Counted from the stretch's first letter, positions 9,592 to 19,802 are shown. The stretch is DNA of 64,000 bases from an uncultured delta proteobacterium (GCA_963711565.1 CAVQEQ010000001.1:608001-672000); one strand, 5' to 3'. Translations and numbers: made by a program. The notes: a model not told the origin generated them from the sequence alone.

Positions 9592-11004
9592 GTGGCCACC
9601 CCTTCAGCGATAGAACCATCCGCATGGACGGGTGATCTGCTCGCGTCCCTCGGACGCGCAGACTCCTCAATTCAGCACACGCTATCCATCACCGGACACG
9701 ATCCGGTAATCGCCACCAGGTTTCGCGCGGGCGAAGCTGCCGCGGCCGTGCTCGCCGCGAATGCGACCGCGGCCGCCGACCTGTGGTGCGCGCGCGGTGG
9801 ACGTCCGCAGCGGATCGAGGTTGACGTGCGCGCGGCGGCGGCGTCGCTCGTGTCGTTCGCATACTTGCGATATCAAAATGCGTCGTTCGAGCGGCGCGGG
9901 CTGGCGACCACCGCGCTCTATCGGGCGCGCGACGGGCGATGGGTTCATCTGCACGGCGGATTCAGTTCACGCGAAGGCACCCTCGCTCTTTTGAATTGCG
10001 ATGATGACGCAGGCGCGATCGCGAAGGCCGTCGCGTCGTGGGATGCGCAGGCGCTCGAGGATGCGCTCGCTGAGCGAGGCGTGTGCGGTGCGAAGCTTCG
10101 CAGCGCCGACGAGTGGCGCGTTCACCCGCAGGGGATGGCGCTCGCACAAGTGCCAGTGGTCGAAATACTTCGCCTCGGCGACGCCAGTCCCGAGCCGATT
10201 CCGGGACCTCGCGCCGAAGAGCGTGGCGCGCGTCCGCTTTCTGGAGTGCGCGTTCTCGATCTGACTCGGGTGCTGGCGGGACCGACCTGCGCGCGGACGC
10301 TGGCCGAGCATGGCGCCGAGGTGCTACACGTCCGCAGTCCCAAGCTGCCGTCAATCGAGGGTTTCGTCATCGATACCAATCCGGGCAAGCGTTCGTGCTT
10401 TCTCGATCTCGATCGCAAGCAGGACGTCGAGCAATTGCGCGCACTAGCTCGCGATGCTCACGTGTTCTCGCAAGGCTATCGTCCCGGCGCGCTCGCGCGG
10501 CGGGGTTTCGCGCCCGAAGAATTGGCAGAGATGCGGCCCGGAATCATCGTGGTTTCGATCGACTGCTACGGACATGAGGGTCCGTTCGCCGGCCGGCCGG
10601 GATGGGAGCAACTCGCACAGACGGTTAGCGGCATGGCGCTCGAGCACGCCGGCGACGAGCATCCCGCGCTCGTGCCAGCCGCGATCAACGACTACACGAC
10701 CGGCTATCTCGGTGCGCTGGGCGTGATGCGTGCGCTCGCGCGACGCGCGACCGAAGGCGGCAGTTGGCATGTACGCGTGTCGCTCGCGCGAACCGCAATG
10801 TGGATCATGTCGATTCCGCGAACCGACCCCGATGCCAAACCCGGTGGATTCGACGCGGCGTCGATCGCTCCGTGGATCATCGAGATGAATACGGCCTGGG
10901 GGCCACTGACTCGTCTCGGGCCGATCGCGCGCATGTCGGAAACCCCGCCACGATGGGATCTTCCGCCCGCGCGGCTCGGCAGCGATCCGCCGTCGTGGCG
11001 CTAG
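9592..11004 (+). CDS. Family III CoA-transferase (CaiB/BaiF), long form
   Basis: PLSGVRVLDLTRVLAGP, GKRS, QGYRPG, catalytic-Asp region NDYTTG. Confidence 0.9.
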   Translation: MATPSAIEPSAWTGDLLASLGRADSSIQHTLSITGHDPVIATRFRAGEAAAAVLAANATAAADLWCARGGRPQRIEVDVRAAAASLVSFAYLRYQNASFERRGLATTALYRARDGRWVHLHGGFSSREGTLALLNCDDDAGAIAKAVASWDAQALEDALAERGVCGAKLRSADEWRVHPQGMALAQVPVVEILRLGDASPEPIPGPRAEERGARPLSGVRVLDLTRVLAGPTCARTLAEHGAEVLHVRSPKLPSIEGFVIDTNPGKRSCFLDLDRKQDVEQLRALARDAHVFSQGYRPGALARRGFAPEELAEMRPGIIVVSIDCYGHEGPFAGRPGWEQLAQTVSGMALEHAGDEHPALVPAAINDYTTGYLGALGVMRALARRATEGGSWHVRVSLARTAMWIMSIPRTDPDAKPGGFDAASIAPWIIEMNTAWGPLTRLGPIARMSETPPRWDLPPARLGSDPPSWR

Positions 11005-11026
11005 CGGGTTTTGGAGCAGCGACCGG

Positions 11027-12256
11027 ATGAAGCTGGAACAGATAGACCTCACCGACCTGGATTTTTTCCAGAGCGGCGATCGCTTCGAGGCCTGGCGGAT
11101 CATGCGCGCCGAGGCTCCCGTCTATTGGCACCACAAAAACTCCGGCGAGGGATTCTGGTCACTCACCACGATGCACGAGTGTCTCGCGGTGCTTGCCGAC
11201 GCGCAGCTGTTCAGCTCGGCCTTAAGGGGCAACGTGCTGAACTTCGTGCTGAATCGCGATCGCGCGGGTGCCGACACCGGCGTCGGCAAGATGCTCAACT
11301 GGACCGATCCGCCACGGCACGAGAAAATCCGCGCACTCGTGAATCGCCATTTCGGCCATCCCGAAGTCTCCGCGCGCGAACCGCACATCCGCCGGATCGT
11401 CAATTCGATTATCGACACCGTCGTGGTGCGCGATGAATGCGATTTTTCGGTTGAGGTCGCCGGACAACTTCCGACCGCGGTAATCTGCGAGATGATGGGG
11501 ATTCCGCGCGCGGATTGGAACCCGCTGTTCGAGCTCGGCAAGACCATGCTCGGCGCCGACGATCTGGAATATCGCAAAGGCCGCTCGTCGGCGGAGACCG
11601 AGGCGGGGGCGCGCTCCAGGATGTTCGACTACCTTCGCCGCCTGATCGCGGAGCGCCGGAAAAACCCCGGCGACGATTTGGTAAGCGCCCTCGTTACAGG
11701 AACCATCGCGGGCGCCGGACTCTCGCAATCCGAGTTGCTGTGGAACGCGCTTCTGCTGATTCTCGGCGGACTGGAAAGCCTGCGCATCGCTATCACCGGC
11801 GGCCTTCACGCACTGCTCGAAAATCCCGCCGAGTTCGCCAGGTTGCGCGCCAATCCCGCGCTGATAGAGACCGCGGTCGAGGAGATGCTGCGCTGGACGT
11901 TGCCCGCCACTCATGCGATGCGCAGCGCGGTGCGGGACACCGAAATCAACGGCCATCCGGTGCTCGCCAATCAGCGCGTCGTGATGTGGTTCGCGTCGGC
12001 CAACCGCGACGAGCAGGTCTTCCCTGAGTCCGAGCGCTTCCTCGTCGGCCGCTCGCCCAACAATCATCTGACTTTCAGCCACGGCAACCACTTTTGTATC
12101 GGCTCCGGCGTCGCGCGCCTCGAGATGCGCGTGATGTTCGAAGAGGTTCTCCGTCGCATGAGCGACATCGAACTCGCGGGACCCGTCGAATGGCTGCGGA
12201 CCAACTTCAATTGCGGCATCAAGCACATGCCGATCAAATTCAAACCTCGCGCATGA
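11027..12256 (+). CDS. Cytochrome P450 (CYP124/125/142-like)
   Basis: DPPRH, I-helix GGLES, EEMLR (ExxR), SANRD, heme motif FSHGNHFCIG. Confidence 0.95.
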   Translation: MKLEQIDLTDLDFFQSGDRFEAWRIMRAEAPVYWHHKNSGEGFWSLTTMHECLAVLADAQLFSSALRGNVLNFVLNRDRAGADTGVGKMLNWTDPPRHEKIRALVNRHFGHPEVSAREPHIRRIVNSIIDTVVVRDECDFSVEVAGQLPTAVICEMMGIPRADWNPLFELGKTMLGADDLEYRKGRSSAETEAGARSRMFDYLRRLIAERRKNPGDDLVSALVTGTIAGAGLSQSELLWNALLLILGGLESLRIAITGGLHALLENPAEFARLRANPALIETAVEEMLRWTLPATHAMRSAVRDTEINGHPVLANQRVVMWFASANRDEQVFPESERFLVGRSPNNHLTFSHGNHFCIGSGVARLEMRVMFEEVLRRMSDIELAGPVEWLRTNFNCGIKHMPIKFKPRA

Positions 12257-12275
12257 ACCGCGCGGAGGAACGCCG

Positions 12276-12854
12276 ATGCTCACGCTCTATTTCTCGCCCG
12301 GATCGAGTTCGATGGCGCCGCATATTGCGCTGCACGAAGTCGGCGCACCGTTCGAAAGCCGGCCGATCTCGCTTGCGGAGAAAGAGAACCGCACGCCCGC
12401 CTATCTCGCGATCAATCTTGAAGGCCACGTGCCGACCATGCTGATCGACGGACGCGCGCTGACCGAGGTCGCCGGGATTCTGTACTACCTTGCCAGGCGC
12501 TTCCCGGAGGCGAGCCTGCTGCCCGACGACATCGAAGCGCAAGCGCAGGTCGTCTCGTGGATGTCGTTCATCGCATCGACGGTGCATCCTGTGCGACGGC
12601 AGGGGCTCGAACATGCGCGCGCCGTTTACGCGATCGCCGATAAGCGATTGGGGAATCGCGAGTGGGCGGTGGGAAGCTACTCGATCGCTGACATCCACCT
12701 GTTCCGGCTGTTCTGGCGCTTCAGCAATTCGCTCAAGCTTTCGCGCATAGAGTTCCCCAGTCTCTTCGCGCATTACGACCGCATGATGGCACGCCCGGCG
12801 GTGCAACGAACGCTGGCGATCGAATCATCGATCGGTTACGAACTGCCGGCATGA
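12276..12854 (+). CDS. Glutathione S-transferase family protein
   Basis: LYFSPGSSS N-terminus, GHVPT, LTE, YSIADI; GGAGG RBS. Confidence 0.9.
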   Translation: MLTLYFSPGSSSMAPHIALHEVGAPFESRPISLAEKENRTPAYLAINLEGHVPTMLIDGRALTEVAGILYYLARRFPEASLLPDDIEAQAQVVSWMSFIASTVHPVRRQGLEHARAVYAIADKRLGNREWAVGSYSIADIHLFRLFWRFSNSLKLSRIEFPSLFAHYDRMMARPAVQRTLAIESSIGYELPA

Positions 12855-14284
12855 CTCGGCGGAAGAAGATTCCGCCACCTGACTCGAGTCGCCTTCAACT
12901 TTTCGACGAGACCGGTCGCACAAGGATCGAGCCTTGCGGGTTCCGGATTTTTTCCGCGCGCTAGTAACGACAACGCAACCGCGCCGCGAAGCGTTCCGGT
13001 CTCATCCGGCGAACGAAACACCGGCTGAGGTTCGCGCAGCGCCGCGAGTGCCGACGCGAATGCCTCGTTGGACGCAAGCCGCCCTTCGAGGATGATGTCG
13101 CCGCGCGCCTCGAGCATCGTCAGGCAGTAGTCCGTCATCAGTGCGCAGTACAGCGCCGCGAGCGCGGCTCGAGGGCTCGGAGCTCCGGGAGCGTTGCCCA
13201 CGATTCGTCCGATTTGAGCGCGCAGGGGACCGCCTTGATCGGCGAACGAAGGAATCGCCAATGCTCCTGATTCAAGAACAGTTTCGAGGTCGCCAGCGGA
13301 AGGCTGCGCCAGGACGCCATCGGCGCCGCAGATCGCGGCGTACTCGCGCCCGCCCATGAAGCGCGCCGTCGGAACAGGGTTGCCGAACGCATCGACGTTC
13401 GCGAGCATGTCCAAGTCCTCGCGCAGCACGTCGAGCGGACTGCCATGCGCCATCGCGACGATCCAGGTCCCCGTTGACACGACGCAGAAGGGCTGTGCGC
13501 GAGTCGCGCGATGGGCGAGATACGACGCGTTGCTGTCGTGGATACCCGCGAGAATTTTGCATTCATTGGAAAGACCGGTGGCGACGACCTCCGGCAGTGG
13601 AAGACCGAGAGGGGTCCATGCGCTGACACGATGGCCGAATCGCGAGTCCCATTTCATCTTCTTTGCGAAGGTCGAGAAATCTCCGCACCCTGGTTCCCAC
13701 AGATCGGTGTGGCAGCCCAGCAACGTCGGCTCCCATGCGCGGACGCCGCACAGCCGCGCGGCCCAGTATTGCGGGTATGGGAGAATCGTCGCGCGGCTGA
13801 ATTCCCGCGGAAATCGTCGCTGTTGCCAGAAAAGCTGCCGGCCAAGGTTGAGACCGGCCGGAAGTTTGGGTGACGCGGTCCGCGCAAAGTCACGCGCGAT
13901 CGCATCGTAGTCGGAATCGATTTCGCTTACGCCGCGAAATTCGTAATCCATGGTCGGCAGCACGAGTCCATCGTCATCGACCAGCGCCGCGCACGCGCCG
14001 TGAGTGACCGGCACGACGGAATGAATCGCGAAGTCGCGCGCGAGCGTCGCGAGTCCGTCGATCAGCCATGCATACAGCTCGTCGGCCTCGAAATGCGGAT
14101 ACGGCGGCGAACTATCGACACCGTTCTGACGTTCGAGAGCAGCTAACGCGACGCCGGAATCGTTGACTGCGGTGAGTCGTACGTTGCTTTTGCCGACGTC
14201 GAAGACGGCGACCGCTTGGGGACGCGCTTTGCTCACCTCGGAACCATTACTCAATCGGCCGCCTTCGCTCAATTGAATTAGCAC
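12836..14284 (-). CDS. rhaK: FGGY-family sugar kinase, probable L-rhamnulose/rhamnose kinase (start may be slightly downstream)
   Basis: FDVGKSN, PVTHGA, GCHTDLW, GIHDSNAS, STGTW, ARFMGGRE; adjacent to the rhamnose aldolase and isomerase. Confidence 0.85.
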   Translation of the reverse strand: MLIQLSEGGRLSNGSEVSKARPQAVAVFDVGKSNVRLTAVNDSGVALAALERQNGVDSSPPYPHFEADELYAWLIDGLATLARDFAIHSVVPVTHGACAALVDDDGLVLPTMDYEFRGVSEIDSDYDAIARDFARTASPKLPAGLNLGRQLFWQQRRFPREFSRATILPYPQYWAARLCGVRAWEPTLLGCHTDLWEPGCGDFSTFAKKMKWDSRFGHRVSAWTPLGLPLPEVVATGLSNECKILAGIHDSNASYLAHRATRAQPFCVVSTGTWIVAMAHGSPLDVLREDLDMLANVDAFGNPVPTARFMGGREYAAICGADGVLAQPSAGDLETVLESGALAIPSFADQGGPLRAQIGRIVGNAPGAPSPRAALAALYCALMTDYCLTMLEARGDIILEGRLASNEAFASALAALREPQPVFRSPDETGTLRGAVALSLLARGKNPEPARLDPCATGLVEKLKATRVRWRNLLPPSHAGSS

Positions 14285-14291
14285 GCCACCG

Positions 14292-14300
14292 TGTTACGAT
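14292..14300 (+). promoter_or_regulatory. Extended -10 promoter directly upstream of a GTG start (possible leaderless mRNA)
   Basis: TG-t-TACGAT, 6 nt, then GTG at 14307; no Shine-Dalgarno. Confidence 0.5.
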
Positions 14301-14306
14301 CCGCGC

Positions 14307-16370
14307 GTGACAATCGACCGATGGAACGACGCCGACGCGAAGGCGCTGTCAGAGCCCGAGCTGCTTTTGTACCGCTCGCACCTGTTGGGCGCCGATCTTG
14401 GCGTGACAAATTTCGGCGGCGGCAACACCTCGGCGAAAATCGCCGCGGAGGATCCGCTGAGCGGCGCGAGGGTTACGGTTCTGTGGGTGAAAGGATCGGG
14501 CGACGATTTGGGCTCGATGGATCTGTCGGGCTTCGCGAAACTGTACCAGGACAAACTTCTCGCGCTGGAAAATCGTTTTCGCGGGCGCGCGCACGAAGAC
14601 GAAATCGTCCCATACTTCGACTATTGTGCGTTCGCCGGTAGCAGCCGCGCCGCCAGTATCGACACTCCGCTGCACGCACTGTTGCCATTCGCGCACGTCG
14701 ACCACGTGCATCCCGATTCCGTTATCGCGATTGCGGCGGCGCGCCATAGCGAAGCAATCACGCGCGAGGTTTTCAGCGGCGAACTCGGATGGCTGCGATG
14801 GCAGCGGCCGGGCTTCGACCTCGGACTGCACTTGCGCGACGCGGTGCGAGCAAATCCGAAAATTCGGGGAGTCGTGCTCGCGGGCCATGGGCTCATCACC
14901 TGGGGCGAGACGTTGAAGGCCTGCTACCAGAACACGATCGATACGATCCGCCGCGCGGAAGCGTGGCTGGCCGAGCGCAACGGAACGGCGCCGGCGTTCG
15001 GCGGCATGCGCGTCGCCTCGCGGCCCGAGCCGCAGCGCAGCGCAATCGCGTCGGAGTTGATGCCGATTCTTCGCGGTCACCTGTCTGGCGCGCAACATAA
15101 AGTCGGTCATTTCGCTGACAACGCGCAGGTACTTGAGTTCGTGGGGGCGCGGCAGTTCGAGGAATTGGCGCGGCTTGGAACATCGTGCCCCGATCATTTT
15201 CTTCGCACCAAGATTCGGCCGCTCGTGGTGCCGTCTGATCCGGCCGCTGCAAAAGCGGGCGCGACCGAAACGATCGCGCGCTATAGAACCGATTACCAGG
15301 CGTACTATGAGCGATGCCGCAGGCGGGATTCTCCGCCGATGCGCGACGCGAACCCGATCGTGATCCTGATGCCGTCGGTAGGGATGTTCACGTTCGCCAG
15401 AGACAAGGCGACTGCTCGCATCGCGGCTGAGTTCTACTGCAATGCGATCGGGGTCATGCGCGGAGCGTCGGGGGTCGATGAATATCTCGGATTGCCCGAG
15501 CAGGAAGCTTTCGACATCGAGTATTGGGCGCTGGAGGAGGCCAAGCTGCGCCGACAACCTGCGCCCAAGCCGTTGGCAGGTCGCGTCGCGATCGTAACCG
15601 GTGGCGCCGGCGGCATCGGGCGTGCGATCGCGGAACGGCTATTGGCCGACGATGCGTGCGTAGTGCTGTTGGACAACGACGGAGACGCGCTGGAACAGGT
15701 AGGCGCCGACTTTGCGCTGAAGTTCGGCAGGGATCGCACGCGGGTTACGCGATGCGACGTTACCGACGAAGCGAACGTGGCGCGAGCATTTGCGTTCGCG
15801 GCGCGGGAATACGGCGGCGTCGATATCGTGGTGTCGAACGCGGGAATCGCGTCGGCCGCACCCTTCGATCAAACGACGCTCGACACGTGGCGGCGGAATA
15901 TGGACGTGCTCGGGACAGGCTATTTCCTGATCGGGCGCGAAGCGGCTCGAGTGATGAAGACACAAGGCATCGGCGGATCGATCGTATTCGTCGCCAGCAA
16001 GAACGCGCTGGTAGCATCGGCGGGCGCCGCCGCATACAGCACCGCCAAGGCAGCCGAGCTTCACCTGGCGCGATCAATGGCGCTGGAACTCGCTCCTGAT
16101 GGAATCCGTGTGAACGCGGTGAATCCCGACGCCGTGTTGCAAGGCTCGCGAATCTGGTCGAGCAGTTGGCGGGCGGAACGCGCGCGCGCATACGGGATCG
16201 ACCCGTCGGAACTGGAGCAATTTTACCGGGAACGAAGCCTGCTGAAAACAAACGTCACGCCCGAGGATGTTGCCGAGGCAGTGCATTTTTTTGCGTCCGA
16301 TCGATCGGCGAAGTCCACGGGCAACATTCTCAACGTCGACGCCGGTAACGCCGCCGCTTTCACGCGGTAA
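14307..16370 (+). CDS. rhaD: Bifunctional rhamnulose-1-phosphate aldolase / short-chain dehydrogenase
   Basis: GGGNTSAK, KGSG, SIDTPLH, HVDHVHPD, SCPDHFLRTK, EYWALEEAKL, then an SDR domain (TGGAGGIG, YSTAK). Confidence 0.94.
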   Translation: MTIDRWNDADAKALSEPELLLYRSHLLGADLGVTNFGGGNTSAKIAAEDPLSGARVTVLWVKGSGDDLGSMDLSGFAKLYQDKLLALENRFRGRAHEDEIVPYFDYCAFAGSSRAASIDTPLHALLPFAHVDHVHPDSVIAIAAARHSEAITREVFSGELGWLRWQRPGFDLGLHLRDAVRANPKIRGVVLAGHGLITWGETLKACYQNTIDTIRRAEAWLAERNGTAPAFGGMRVASRPEPQRSAIASELMPILRGHLSGAQHKVGHFADNAQVLEFVGARQFEELARLGTSCPDHFLRTKIRPLVVPSDPAAAKAGATETIARYRTDYQAYYERCRRRDSPPMRDANPIVILMPSVGMFTFARDKATARIAAEFYCNAIGVMRGASGVDEYLGLPEQEAFDIEYWALEEAKLRRQPAPKPLAGRVAIVTGGAGGIGRAIAERLLADDACVVLLDNDGDALEQVGADFALKFGRDRTRVTRCDVTDEANVARAFAFAAREYGGVDIVVSNAGIASAAPFDQTTLDTWRRNMDVLGTGYFLIGREAARVMKTQGIGGSIVFVASKNALVASAGAAAYSTAKAAELHLARSMALELAPDGIRVNAVNPDAVLQGSRIWSSSWRAERARAYGIDPSELEQFYRERSLLKTNVTPEDVAEAVHFFASDRSAKSTGNILNVDAGNAAAFTR

Positions 16371-16388
16371 CACTCTCGCGAGGTTTTT

Positions 16389-17684
16389 ATGACACCACGC
16401 ACGCCGATCGATCCCGAGCTGATCGCAAAACACAACTCGCGCCTGGAGAAGGACCTTGCCGCCGACTACGAGCATCTTGGCGTCGTGCTGGCACGGCGCG
16501 GCATCGACCTCGAAGCGATCACCGCGCGCATCCAGCGATTTGCGGTGGCGATCCCGAGCTGGGGCGTCGGCACGGGCGGCACGCGGTTCGCGCGGTTTCC
16601 GCTTGCCGGCGAGCCGCGCAACGTTTTCGAGAAGCTCGAGGACTGCGCGGTCATCCAGCAGCTTGGACGCGCGACGCCGACGGTGTCGCCGCATTTTCCG
16701 TGGGATCGCGTTGACGATCTCCGCGAGCTGCGCGAGTTCGCGCACTCCTACGGAATCGCTTTCGACGCCGTGAATTCGAATACGTTCGAGGATCTTCCCG
16801 GTCGGCTGTCCTACAAATTCGGCAGCCTGACCCACACTGACAAGGCGGTTCGCGAACAGGCGATCGCGCACAACCTCGAATGCATCGAGATCGGAAAGCA
16901 GCTCGGCTCGCGAGCGCTGACGGTCTGGATTGGCGACGGCTCGAACTTTCCGGGCCAACTCAACATGACGAAAGCGCTGGAACGGTATCTCGAGAGCATG
17001 CGCGTGATCGTCGCGGCGATTCCCGACGGATGGCGCGCGTTCATCGAGCACAAGCTCTACGAGCCGGCGCTGTACTCGACGGTGATCGCGGACTGGGGCA
17101 CCAGTTTCATATGCGCAACGCAGCTCGGCGCGAACGTGCAATGCCTGGTCGACTTGGGGCATCACGCGCCGACGACGAATATAGAGCAGATCGTTTCGCG
17201 GTTGATCCAGTTTCAGCGGCTTGGTGGATTCCATTTCAACGATTCCAAGTATGGCGACGATGACCTCGACACCGGCTCGGTCAACCCGTTCCAGATTTTC
17301 CTGGTTTTCAACGAGTTGGTGGACGCAGAGCTGCGCGGCGCGCCCGGCTTCGCGCCGGCCTACATGCTCGATCAGAGTCACAACGTGACCGACCCGGTCG
17401 AGAGTCTGATGGAGAGCGCGGTCGCACTGCAGCGCGCGTACACGCAGGCGTTGATGGTCGATCGCGGCGGGTTGAATTCAGCGCAGGACTCGAACGACGC
17501 GCTGATGGCTAATCGCACACTGCAGAACGCGGTGCGCATGGACGTCGAGCCCGCGATCAAGATGGCGCGCAAACGAAACGGCGGCGCAATCGACCCGGTC
17601 GCGGTGTTCAGGGAGAGTCGCTACCGTCAGTGCAAAGCGTCGGCGCGTCCGCAAGACCTGACTGGCAAATCGGGAATCGTTTAG
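16389..17684 (+). CDS. rhaI: L-rhamnose isomerase (Pseudomonas stutzeri/rhizobial type)
   Basis: PSWGVGTGGTRFARF, HFPWD, WIGDGSNFPGQ, EHKLYEP, DLGHH, FHFNDSKYGDDDL. Confidence 0.94.
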   Translation: MTPRTPIDPELIAKHNSRLEKDLAADYEHLGVVLARRGIDLEAITARIQRFAVAIPSWGVGTGGTRFARFPLAGEPRNVFEKLEDCAVIQQLGRATPTVSPHFPWDRVDDLRELREFAHSYGIAFDAVNSNTFEDLPGRLSYKFGSLTHTDKAVREQAIAHNLECIEIGKQLGSRALTVWIGDGSNFPGQLNMTKALERYLESMRVIVAAIPDGWRAFIEHKLYEPALYSTVIADWGTSFICATQLGANVQCLVDLGHHAPTTNIEQIVSRLIQFQRLGGFHFNDSKYGDDDLDTGSVNPFQIFLVFNELVDAELRGAPGFAPAYMLDQSHNVTDPVESLMESAVALQRAYTQALMVDRGGLNSAQDSNDALMANRTLQNAVRMDVEPAIKMARKRNGGAIDPVAVFRESRYRQCKASARPQDLTGKSGIV

Positions 17685-18790
17685 CTCGAGCGGATAGCGT
17701 TGGAGAGTTTGCGGCTGGTCTTCGCGTCGCGATAGATTAGTGGACCTTCGCCGGAATTCTTTCGTATCGATTCGACGATTCCGTGATGCGGTGAGAGGCG
17801 GCAGATCGGATCGGCTTCGGCCGCGTTTCCGGCAAGCATAAAGGCCTGGCAACGGCATCCGCCGAAATCGATTTCCTTCCTGGCGCACGAGCGGCACGGT
17901 TCCATCATCCAATCGTCGCCGCGAAACGCATTCATAGCGGGCGAATCGCGCCAGATCTTCCCCAACGCGCCATCGCGCACCGAATCGAAGCGCAATCCCG
18001 GGATCACCGAGGCGGCGTGACACGGCATCACCTCGCCGGTCGGATTGATGCACATATAACTGCGGCCCCATCCGCCCATGCACGGCTTGGGCTCGCCCGA
18101 GAGATAGTCATTCTGCACGAACGCGATCTCGAGCATGCCGCGATACTTCTCTATCGCCTCGAGCGCGATTTCTTCGGCGCGATCGTACTGCTCGCGGGTC
18201 GGCATCAATGCTCGACGATTCTCGGCCGCCCACGCATAGAACTGAGTATTCGCAAGCTCGAGACGATTCGCACCCAGTTCCAATGCGAGCGCGATGAGGT
18301 CGGGAACTTCGGAAATATTCAACCGATGAATCACGACGTTGAGCGTTAACGGAAAGCCGAGCTTGCCGATAAGCCGCGCAATCTCGAGTTTTTTTCGATG
18401 CGAGCGCACGCCAGCGATCGTCTCGGCGCTTTCACGGTGAGCGCCCTGGATACTCAATTGAATGTGGTCGAGGCCGGCCTCGCGAAAACGCCACAACTTG
18501 TCCTCGTCGAGTATCGTGCCGCCCGTTATCAGGTTGGTGTAGAGATCATTCGTGCGCGCGTGCTGAATCAGTTCGATCAAATCATCGCGGAGGACAGGCT
18601 CGCCACCCGAGAGATGCAACTGCATGACGCCCAGTTCCGCAGCCTCGGAAAAAACGCGGCGCCAGTCGCCGGTCGAGAGCTCGGCCCGCGAGCGGTGGAA
18701 ATCGACGGGGTTGGAACAGTACACGCATCGCAACGGGCATCGATAGGTAAGCTCCGCGACCAGCGTGTAGGGACGCGGCGCCGCGCTCAT
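17681..18790 (-). CDS. pqqE: PQQ biosynthesis radical SAM enzyme
   Basis: AELTYRCPLRCVYCSNP, ELANTQFY, SPASM cysteines (KPCMGGWG, CRSC, GGCRCQA, DPIC). Confidence 0.97.
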   Translation of the reverse strand: MSAAPRPYTLVAELTYRCPLRCVYCSNPVDFHRSRAELSTGDWRRVFSEAAELGVMQLHLSGGEPVLRDDLIELIQHARTNDLYTNLITGGTILDEDKLWRFREAGLDHIQLSIQGAHRESAETIAGVRSHRKKLEIARLIGKLGFPLTLNVVIHRLNISEVPDLIALALELGANRLELANTQFYAWAAENRRALMPTREQYDRAEEIALEAIEKYRGMLEIAFVQNDYLSGEPKPCMGGWGRSYMCINPTGEVMPCHAASVIPGLRFDSVRDGALGKIWRDSPAMNAFRGDDWMMEPCRSCARKEIDFGGCRCQAFMLAGNAAEADPICRLSPHHGIVESIRKNSGEGPLIYRDAKTSRKLSNAIRSS

Positions 18791-19062
18791 TGGAGCAACC
18801 CGCGCGCGCGAATCGTGGCAATGAAATCCACGACCTCGCGCATCAACGCGTCGCGATCGGCGTTGCCGTATTTCTCGGATAACCGATCGACGATTTCACT
18901 TATCGAGCGAGCGCCGTTGCATAGCTGTACGATCGCGGCGCCAGTTTCATTGAGCGCCAGGGCGGCTTCCGGGAACAGCAGCATTACCTGCTTTTCGATC
19001 GGGTCGAACTTGAGCCGCGCGCACGAGGCCAGACGCGGCCGCCATGCGTCGTCAGCGTCCAT
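18787..19062 (-). CDS. pqqD: PQQ peptide chaperone (91 aa)
   Basis: ATG at 19062 coupled to the pqqC stop (TGATG); LLFPE..LNETG..IVQLCNG.RS motif; the ORF track gives it only as the tail of 18787..19572. Confidence 0.93.
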   Translation of the reverse strand: MDADDAWRPRLASCARLKFDPIEKQVMLLFPEAALALNETGAAIVQLCNGARSISEIVDRLSEKYGNADRDALMREVVDFIATIRARGLLQ

Positions 19063-19802
19063 CAGAGTTTCCGCGAGTCGTGCCACAGCGGCGGCAGATG
19101 GCCGGGTGAGACGTACGCGTAGTGAACCGCGTCGAGCAGGCACCAAAGTATGTGGCACTTGAGCGTGAGCGCTTCTGCCGCGCGATCCTGCGACTCGCGC
19201 GTCGTGCAATGCGCGACGACGTATTGCAAGCCGAACTCCGAGTCGCGCGGCGCCTGCACGAGGCGTCCACGGAAGTATTCCAGCCCGCGGCTGTCGAGCC
19301 ACGGGTAGAGTTTTTCGAGAACGGCGATACGATCCGCCATCAGCGTCGCCGCGAACAATTCCGTCAGCGACGACGCGACTGCCTCGGTCAGCGGACGCGA
19401 CGCGCACAGATGCAGATAGGCGTCCACCGCGAAGCGCACGCCGGGCAGTACGTAGCGCAGGCTCGCGACGTCGGCGACATTGAGCCCGGCGGCCTCCGAC
19501 AGCTTGTACCACTTGCGGATGCCGCCCTCGCTGTCTCCAATCCCGTCGTGGTCGGTGATGCGCGTGATCCATGCGCGGCGGAATTCACGGTCGTCGGCCT
19601 TGGCGAGGATCAGCGCGTCCTTTTTGGGAATCGTCCACTGATAGTAGAAACGATTTTCGATCCACGCTTGCAGTTGCCGCTTGGTCAGCTTGCCCTGATG
19701 CATCAGCACGTGGAACGGATGCTTGTCGTGATAGGCCGCCTCGCCGATTGCACGCAGGCGCGCGACAAATTTTTCCGGCGAGTCGGGATTACTTTCCGCC
19801 AT
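19062..19802 (-). CDS. pqqC: Pyrroloquinoline-quinone synthase
   Basis: YHDKHPFH, NRFYYQ, RITDHDG, RFAVDAY, SSLTELFA, QAPRD; start set at MAESNPD. Confidence 0.96.
   Translation of the reverse strand: MAESNPDSPEKFVARLRAIGEAAYHDKHPFHVLMHQGKLTKRQLQAWIENRFYYQWTIPKKDALILAKADDREFRRAWITRITDHDGIGDSEGGIRKWYKLSEAAGLNVADVASLRYVLPGVRFAVDAYLHLCASRPLTEAVASSLTELFAATLMADRIAVLEKLYPWLDSRGLEYFRGRLVQAPRDSEFGLQYVVAHCTTRESQDRAAEALTLKCHILWCLLDAVHYAYVSPGHLPPLWHDSRKL

Noticed and set aside
11027-12256. Non-canonical P450 because of I-helix GGLES
   Set aside because: Glu-Ser still supplies the acid-alcohol pair, and the heme Cys and ExxR motifs are intact.
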